NCBI GenBank assembly: GCA_000708835.1
Contig: DF237472.1
Location: 1-63,923 of the forward strand
DNA length: 63,923 nucleotides
Source of the DNA: Klebsormidium nitens
Taxonomy: Eukaryota; Plantae; Klebsormidiophyceae
Direction: 5' to 3'
Shown here piece after piece: positions 50,192 through 63,923 of the stretch (position 1 is its first letter; every line of letters begins with the position of its first letter). The notes under the pieces are model-generated. The model was given only the letters and a program-made list of their open reading frames with translations, searched no databases and was not told where the DNA came from. The position numbers and the translations under genes are program-made.

Positions 50192-53100
50192 ATGGCATTG
50201 CTCCGGCGCGTGCTTGCGTCCAGTTTCCTGCAATCCAACCAGGTACTTGGAAGTTTTCAATCCAGATACATCGCTTCCGCAGCACACCATGCTTTGCTAG
50301 CAGAGCAATCGACGGGCCAATCAGACGCCTCCACACATACCACCTCTTCGGACGCTTCTTTTCGGACAGCGCAATCGGATGGATCGATTCGGACGCCAAA
50401 CACTAATGTAAACAGTAGCGCGGGATCCCTTGCGCCAGAAGAGTTGTCGGAGTTTCTGAACGAGACGGCGATGTCAGTGGAGGAGCAAGCGATGAATCCC
50501 GAGGCGAGACAATTCGAGGAGCAGCAAGAGGCATTGCTGGATGACCTTGAGGCGATGGCGCAAGAAGCGGCGGGGCCGAGGCGGCAGGTGATTCAAGGCT
50601 TTCTGTTCCCGGCTTCCCTTTGTGGCACAGTATGTTTCATCTTTACGGTTGGAAGACAGTGTAGACGACAAGTGAAGCCAGATGCTTGTAGCTGTGCCCA
50701 GCGATTTCGTGCAGGAATGAGGCCACACAGTGGCGGCAGGTGATCAAGGCTTTGTCCCCCTCGCTTCTCTTTTGGCGCAGTCTGTTTGATTTTTGTAGTC
50801 GGAAGGGTAGCATAGAAGCCAAGTGAACCCCGATGTTTGTTGCGATGCACTGGGAACCTAAATAGGAAGCGGCCGCACCGTGGCGGTAGGTGACGGAGGC
50901 TCTCTTTCCGATGTCATCATTTTGGCGCAGTGTCCTTACGACCTTGATTATGTAGCTTAGACGCCAACTGAAGCCAGACTGTTTTGCACAGAGGTACTGC
51001 TTAAGTGGTCCGAGTTATAGTCTGAGCAAAGAGCCATCTGTCCAATTGAGCCAGACTCACCAGTCGTAAGCCAATGCCTGCATTCGCATATTTCAAGTGA
51101 GAGGCTTTGAACAGTCGTTAAGACTCCCGTAGCGTTCTACTTCAGTCGCCTGCCACTCCAATGGGTCGTCTTCCACTCTGAGCGCACTCTTTCCAAGGCC
51201 CCACCCTCGAGCTTCGTTTTCTTGCAAGTCCGGTAGCTGCCTTCCCGTAGGATGCTTCTAGGCCAAGCTGCTCAGTGCTAGCCGATCAAGTTTTGATCGT
51301 GGAATCCACCTGATTGTTTCTGCCTCATCATTTGCACAGCTCTCCTTGAAGAACACCTCCAACTTCCAAGGCCAACGATAGCCGACCGAAGACCCCGCGA
51401 CAACTGTCCATGACGATTTCTGGATTTGCAACAACGCCCTGAGGGGCCATTTTGCCACAACAAGCCTGTCTCTCTTTTCGAATTGGTACAATTCTTATAT
51501 CTCATTCCTTCTCAACAGGCCCCTCTGCCAGAGGACTTTGTCTTCACTCCTGAACCAACGATCGCCGCTCAACCCCCCACTCCAAAGCCCGCACCTCCAA
51601 AAGCCCCCGCGACGTTCCCAACGTTCATACCCCCGGCCGACAAGTCAAGGCCGGCACAACCAATCCTGACTCTAGACGACGCGCTGAAATTTATCAAAGT
51701 GAGTCGAAGATCTCACTGGCTTCTCTCACTGGCTTCTATCTCTTATTGAGCTTTTGCGGAGGGGTTCATCAAGAAGTTGGCACTCCTTGATTTGGTAACC
51801 GTTCTCAGCAAGGGCCCCGTTTGTGATTGCTCCCTGAAGTGAAGGGAGGGTGTTGTTGGAAGCAACGGTCGGTTTTTTGCTTAGATTTGATGCCAAAGTA
51901 GGTGCAGATGGAAGAACAACCCACAAAGGATCTGAACGAATGGCAGAAAGTCAAAGGCTGCGAAAAAGTGCGATGTTCCAAAAGGATCTTACAGAGGTAA
52001 GTGAGCCGAGTGTTGGTGAGCCAGACTCGGCTGGTGTCTCGTGTTGTTTACCCTGGGAACAATTTCTGATGGGTGCGGCCACCTTCATTGGGAAGCGATG
52101 GTTGCGTCCTGGGTTCCATACGCCGCCACATTCACTTGAGAGTCGGCAAAAATTACGGAGATTGGCGTCCGAACTTCTTCAAGGAACACACCTGTAAGAG
52201 CAAGTCCAGCGGCGTCTGCCTGAGCACCACAACAGCTGCTGTGGGAAAGCGCTGTAGTTGGGTCACCATAGAAAGGCTGGAAAGCCGACCTCTCGAGAAA
52301 AGTTGTTAGCCAATCAAAATCACAGACGGGTACTTTGAGCACTTTCAATGAACCCCTTTAGATCAGCGCGTCCTCTTTTGTGCAGTCAAACGCAAAGGCG
52401 AAGTTTGACGAGACAGTCGAAGCTGCGATCAAGTTGGGTGTGAATCCGAAGCGAGGGGATCAGATGGTGCGAGGAGCGGCGTCCCTTCCACACGGGAGTG
52501 GAAAGGTGGGCGTTTGTAGCCTCCCTGGGTGCACGTTTCGTTCGTTCAAAAGGGTGAAAGCCGACAGTCAGGTCATCCTTAACTAGTGGTTTCCTGCGTC
52601 CTCTTCTATCCGCTTGTATCGTCGCTACTGCTGTCTTTCTGCAAGCAGCTAGCTGCTTGTCCGATGTTCTGAGCGAGCGTTGGATTAGTCGGAGAGCATG
52701 TGTTCGTAGCCGCCTTCCAAGCTCCTGCAAGCTACCGCTTGCGGGGTAGCTTGCACGCCCACAGAATCCCTACTTCGGCAAGCACTGTGCGAGGGGATTG
52801 CCCTGTCATTGATTGCCTTCTGCACAATCCACTTCCTTGATTCACCCAAAACTTCTACGTGTGGTTAGATTCGTGTCGCTTGAAAGCGTTCTTCCTGTTC
52901 TGAAGGTCTTGCTTCGATAAGATTCAGACTCGTAAATTTCTATCTGCCCAGCTTGTTCGAATCAACAGTTTGGGCGGCCGGACTCGCTATCGAGTCCGGC
53001 CGCCCAAACCGCTAAAGCTGCCGGAACTGACGTCATCCGCTGCAGGCGAAGATTCCTTGGAATCCCGGCTGACCTTCAGTCTTCAACCCCTACTGTAGCC

Positions 53101-55145
53101 GGCTGCTTTAGTCCGTTGGTCCGACTCAAATTTGTAAACTATTTCAGCTGCCGGATCGGGTCGCAGTCTTCGACATTTGGCTCGGCCGATGAGGAGGCGA
53201 GAGCGGCAGGTGGTGACGTCATTGCGGCAGATTGAAACTCTCACTGGAACCCGTCTGACCCTCAGTTTTCGAATCCTTTTTTAGCAGTCTGCCCTAACGG
53301 AGTCTAGATTCATGATCTCGAATCTTCTTTCGGTGCAGCCGGTTCGGATCGCGGTCTTCGCATCGGGCCCGGCCGCCGAGGAGGCGCGAGCGGCGGGGGC
53401 TGACGTGGTGGGCGCGGACGATCTGGTGGAGGAGATCAAGAAGAGCGGGGGCAAGCTCGACTTCGACCGGTGCATCGCAACGCCGGCAATGATGCCTATG
53501 CTCGGACAAGTGAGCTTTCACACTGCCTTTACACTATGATTCTTAAGGTTTGTTTGCAATGATATACTTTCTGGCATTTTGTCGCGTCTGAAATCTGGAT
53601 CAGGAAGAGCGGGGGGGAGCTTGGTCTCGACCGGTGCATCGCAACGCCGGCAATGATGCCCATGCTTGGACAAGTGAGCCTTGGCCATCTTTCTTGTATG
53701 ATAGATCACAACTCCTTTGGCTCTTCTCAATTCTGGTTTGCCAAGCTTTGTATGTGAGAGTTGCGCTCCTTCGGCTCATTGTCGCCACGTGATTGTTGGT
53801 TTTGTAAGCTTTTGATCAGATTTGCTGGCTTTGCTTGGTTCTCCTTACAACTCTGGACTTTCAAGCTTTATGTGCGAAAGTCGACGTTCCTTTCCTGTCC
53901 GATGGGGAGCTTGGGTTGAGCAGAGGAAAGCTTGACTTCGACCGGTGCATTGCAACGCCGGCCATGATGCCTATGCTCGGTCAAGTGAGCTCTCACAACG
54001 CTTTTGAATCCTGACTATTTGTGTCTGTCAAAGTTTGTGTGAGAGAATTCATTTTCTCGCTTTCTGTCGCATCTAAGATGTAAGATTCAAGATCGGGGGG
54101 AAGCTCGACTTCGACCGGTGCATTGCAACGCCGGCAATGATGCTATGCTTGGACAAGTAAGCTTCTACTCCTTCGTCTCCTGTTAGTGTTTGTATGCGGA
54201 GGGGCCGACGGATGAGACTCTTGTTGGGTCTGGAGGGAAGTATACGAGCCCGCTAGGACGAGATTCCCGGCAACGCAAGTGGCGGCCGCTTGCCCAGCTT
54301 GACAAATGTGAAGATCTGGAGTTAACCCATGGATCTATTGCTCTGGGCTTCGCTCTGCTTATAGTGAGCATTGTGGGCTTCCGATCATGACTGTCCAACC
54401 GCACTCATTCTGTGCGTGCTCTGCTTCGCTGAAATTCCGGCTCAGGACCCAACTTGTGCCTGTTCCAATTTTGAGATTGCCTTAAAAGCAGTTGACATAA
54501 ATCCGACGCGGTGGGCCTAGTCTGGCCCTACTCGGTCCCATGCTGAAGGGAACGGTGTTGAAGGGAGTGCGCTAGGATTTGCAAACAGTCCATGACCACT
54601 TTTTATCACTGTGATATCATCTTTGCCAAATGGCGGACGTTTTCGGCCTACGTGGCCTTGTGCCCAAGTCTGAGGTGGGTACCATCACGAACGACGTGGC
54701 CGAAGCTGTGCGCTGGTTCTGCCTTGCAACTACCTCTTAACCACCTCTTAACCATTTTGGTCACCATTTCTGCCAGGTGGCGCGCATCCTGGGCCCACGT
54801 GGCCTCATGCCCAACCCCAAAGTGGGCACCATCACGAATGACGTGGCCGAAGCCGTGCGCGCCACGAAGCGCGGCCGCGTCAACTTCCGTGCCGACAAGT
54901 ACGGGATCGTCCACGTGGGTTTAGGCAAGGTTAGCTTCACCGATGGCGCGATCAAGGATAACCTGGGCGCTTTTGCGGCGGCTTTGTTGGATGCGAAGCC
55001 GGCGGGGGCGAAGGGAGTGCCCGGGAGATACGCGGGTTATTTGGTTAGTTTGAACATGTCGTCGAGCATGGGCCCCGGAGTGAAGGTGGACGTCAAAAGC
55101 GTGGGGACGATGGGCGAGAGTTTGCGAGCGCAGCAGGCTGGTTGA
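50192..55145 (+). CDS. RPL1: Organelle-targeted (probably mitochondrial) ribosomal protein uL1, ~411 aa, 5 exons
   Basis: Exons 50192-50587, 51519-51698, 52386-52505, 53339-53509, 54777-55145; all phase 0. L1 motifs: [115 protein letters not shown]. The presequence [14 protein letters not shown] suggests mitochondrial import. Confidence 0.92.
50540..54720 (+). repeat. Exon-echo arrays in the uL1 gene (exons 1, 4, 5)
   Basis: Exon 1 end 50587 (real), 50739, 50889. Exon 4 start 53339 (real), 53151, ~52990; exon 4 end 53509 (real), 53673, 53984, 54156. Exon 5 start 54777 (real), 54630. Confidence 0.9.
52968..53009. repeat. Perfect inverted repeat: 19-bp stem, 4-nt loop
   Basis: GTTTGGGCGGCCGGACTCG-CTAT-CGAGTCCGGCCGCCCAAAC. 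Confidence 0.9.
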
Positions 55146-56275
55146 GGCCGGTTGGTCCTTATCTAAGAGCAGGGCATCGAGCAGAGCTACTTTCGGGTCT
55201 CAGCCATTGAGTGGATACCGAACACTGATTGAGACCGCTTTGTGCCAGCCATGCTGGCCGCCATGATGGTTGCGGAATTGGTCCCCAATTGGAAGATGGG
55301 CCGGCCTCTCATTCTCCACTTCGACTCCAACGTGACGCGCCGTCCGATTTGGCCTAAGCCCGGCCCAGCCCGGCCGCCATATGCCGGCATGTACAAGATT
55401 GGACGGCACTGACTCAGTGAGCGGCAGTACGGTGATGCACGATACTTGAGCATGTAACTCTAGCTGGTCAATCAACTTAAGCATCTGCACATTGCATGCA
55501 CATGCATGGATGGTGAGCCAGTCATGCAGCTCGTATATGAGCCGCGGCCGGGCCTGACTTCTTGTTGAAGAATTCGGATCGAGTTGGCCGTGCCGGGTAC
55601 CGAAACTTATTGAAACGGTCGAAGCGTCGTTACTTCGAATGCACTGCACCGGCACGGTGACCTGAGCGCTGGCCGCCGCGCGCCCCCCAGCCCATGAGCA
55701 AACGTACTATTCCGAGTCCATCGATCAATCGGACTTAGTACGAAGGTCGCTAGTGTGGGAGCAGCTGCTGAATCCACCGTAATTTGAAGTGATTCACTTC
55801 CAAATCATACGGTATACAACAAAGTCGAAATCGTACTTTCAATCATGTGGGTCATCGTCGAACCCCGGGCCCGCGCTGCGGCCGCGGCCGGTTTCATGCA
55901 TATGCGCGCATCGAACGCGACCGACACGACCCAGCCGTACCGTCAATTGGCGCAATATGTTGTAGCACAAGCTCTGCTCACCGTGTCTACCTAGCTAGGC
56001 CGCCACCCTGTAGGACCCTCGAGTAGCAAGTATGGCCTTGAACGATTCTCTTCTCGTATATGTCGGACGAGAACCTCAACCTCAAAGATCTACTGAAGTC
56101 AGGTGACTCGGAGTCGCAATTCGCAGCAAACATGCGCGTCCTCGTTCCCGATTTGAAGCACGCACCATGCGCGGCCCAGATCGTGAGCGAATCCGCATTC
56201 ATTCTTTTGGCATTATCAATACACAACTGTTGTCTTCTTTTGCAAGCCATACGATTCGCGACCTTAAGTTCCATG

Positions 56276-62251
<5,976 letters not shown>

Positions 62252-62930
62252 TTATTTGCTGCCAGAATCAAAAGACACAGTCCGAATCAAAGATGGCGGC
62301 GGCTGACGTCCACGCAAAACGTCAGCAGGGTTGCGCCTTTCTACATTCGAAGACCTGCTCGTGTTCAAATACAAGCTTGCGGGACTCGATTGGTGGTTGT
62401 CATGAGGGGTTGTCATAGAGGCAGGCTCGGAATTTCAAGTTGGAAGATTGTCCTTTCGCGCCAAAACATGGGATGTCGATTTCGATTCTTTACAAGGGCT
62501 ACAACCGCCAATAGAAACAACGGCGTCGATTGCTTCGAAGTGGAGAAGAGGCCTTGTCACTGGAATTCCTGGTTGATCTCTTGTGCCTGCGGAGGCTTTG
62601 CTAAGATATCACCTCGATCTTCATCACTGACATCAGCGTCTGCGACGTCTGCAAGAGAGCGCAGCGGCAGCTGGCGGCAGCCCAAAACAAACTCTTGAGC
62701 AGCTAGCTGAGCTCCAGTGCAGCCTTGAAGCTGTTAAAAGCTGAAGTGGAGAGACGGTCAAATTCGTTTTCTGCATCGATTGGAAGTGTGAAATACGTCC
62801 TGATTCTTTCTTCCTTTGCTTGGGCATCCAAATACTCTGATTTGGCAGACAGACGCTTCAGTTGACTTCAGCAGTCTAGCACGGACTCTGCATTCTGAGA
62901 TCAAGCCTGGGTCAGCAAGTCTGACAGCGC

Positions 62931-63776
62931 ATGGGGTGGGGCTGGCACTCAAGCACTGCAGAAGGCACTTCTGCGGACCCGCAGGTTGCTAATCAAGGCG
63001 AATCAGCTTCTCCGGCTGTTACTGAGGACGTTCTGAAGGAAGGCCGCGAACGATGTTATGAGGTAACCTGCTAATCAAGCTGAGGTTCGGTGAATAACTA
63101 TCACACAGTATTCTCTTAACAGTTGCGCCACCTGAACGCCGTCCCAAAGTGATGCAGTGATATGCCTGCATCGATTTGGTTGTCATCAGTGTGATGACAA
63201 GTTGCACTACCGCACAATCGGTGCCCAGAATACAAATGAGACCTGGGTGCCGCTCCATGTCAGACACGTGCAGTATCCTATTCCTGTTGGGTGCGCACAT
63301 TTCAGGGCGCCCCTTCTCTGCTCCAACTCATTGGCGCATGAAATTTGTGGGAGACAAGAAACAGAATGTGCTTGGTCCATCTTTTCACATCGGTTCTAGC
63401 ACTTGGACTGGCAAATTGACTGGGACATTAAGTGGTTTGAGGCAATTTAATGAGAGGCTTGGGTCACACTCTTCCTCTATGAATGCAAGCCTCAAGATGC
63501 GCTGTGCCTTTTCTTTGGTACCATTTGCCCACATAGCCAAGCTTTGCTTTTGTTAGGGACTCTAGCGAGATTCACTGCTAAGATGCTAACATCATCGTTC
63601 TCAAAAGTGACATGCTATTGAGATTGCCCGTTCACTTGCAGGCCCGGGATGCCTTCTATGCTTGCCTTGGTCAAGCTGGGCAGTTAGATGCTAAGGGTGG
63701 TGGCTTGGCACGAGGGATCCCTTCAAAGTGTGGACAATTGCGAGCACAATATACAAAACTCTGTCGAGCTTCTTGG
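62931..63776 (+). CDS. COA6/COX6B-like twin-Cys (CX9C-CX10C) cytochrome c oxidase assembly protein, 3'-partial
   Basis: Exons 62931-63062 and 63642-63776 splice in phase 0 to ...DVLKEGRERCYE|ARDAFYACLGQAG...PSKCGQLRAQYTKLCRASW|GTAAG. The CX9C and CX10C spacing and the ARDAFYACL and CR.SW motifs match the plant COA6-like family. The last exon is not found in the window, and the start ATG is uncertain. Confidence 0.8.
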
Positions 63777-63923
63777 GTAAGTCGCCTTTTGCTCTCTTAC
63801 TTAGAAGTACTCTGCTTTCGGGGTGCGTATGCAATGCCGGAGGACACAAGTTGAAGTTTCGTCTGTCACAGAATCTTCAAGATTCTGTGGTGATGTCATT
63901 GTCATGGGCTTGTGATGTGAATC

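Overview
Eukaryotic, intron-rich nuclear DNA with GC3-rich exons and GT-AG introns. The gene set is green-plant type; a streptophyte alga such as Klebsormidium is my inference, not a database result. By hand-splicing I reconstructed six complete genes with continuous reading frames: two head-to-head plant O-fucosyltransferase-family (GT106/RRT-like) paralogs (- 9638..2144; + 10749..19266), a Tweety-like multi-pass membrane protein (+ 23840..30070), organellar MutS homolog MSH1 with C-terminal GIY-YIG (- 49451..31832, 23 exons), an organelle-targeted, probably mitochondrial, ribosomal protein uL1 (+ 50192..55145) and MSI1/RBBP4 (- 62209..56276). A small Gly/Met/Gln-rich gene (- 22102..20979) has a +1 frameshift in a C10 run, and a COA6/COX6B-like gene is cut by the right edge (+ 62931..). 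The most striking unexplained structure is pervasive 'exon echoes'. About 30 exon boundaries, in all six large genes, are flanked on the intron side by 1-6 decaying direct tandem copies of splice site plus adjacent exon end. Unit lengths are mostly 130-190 bp and often about 150 bp (nucleosome/Okazaki scale), and most echoes keep an intact AG or GT. Coordinates were counted by hand and may be off by a few bases.
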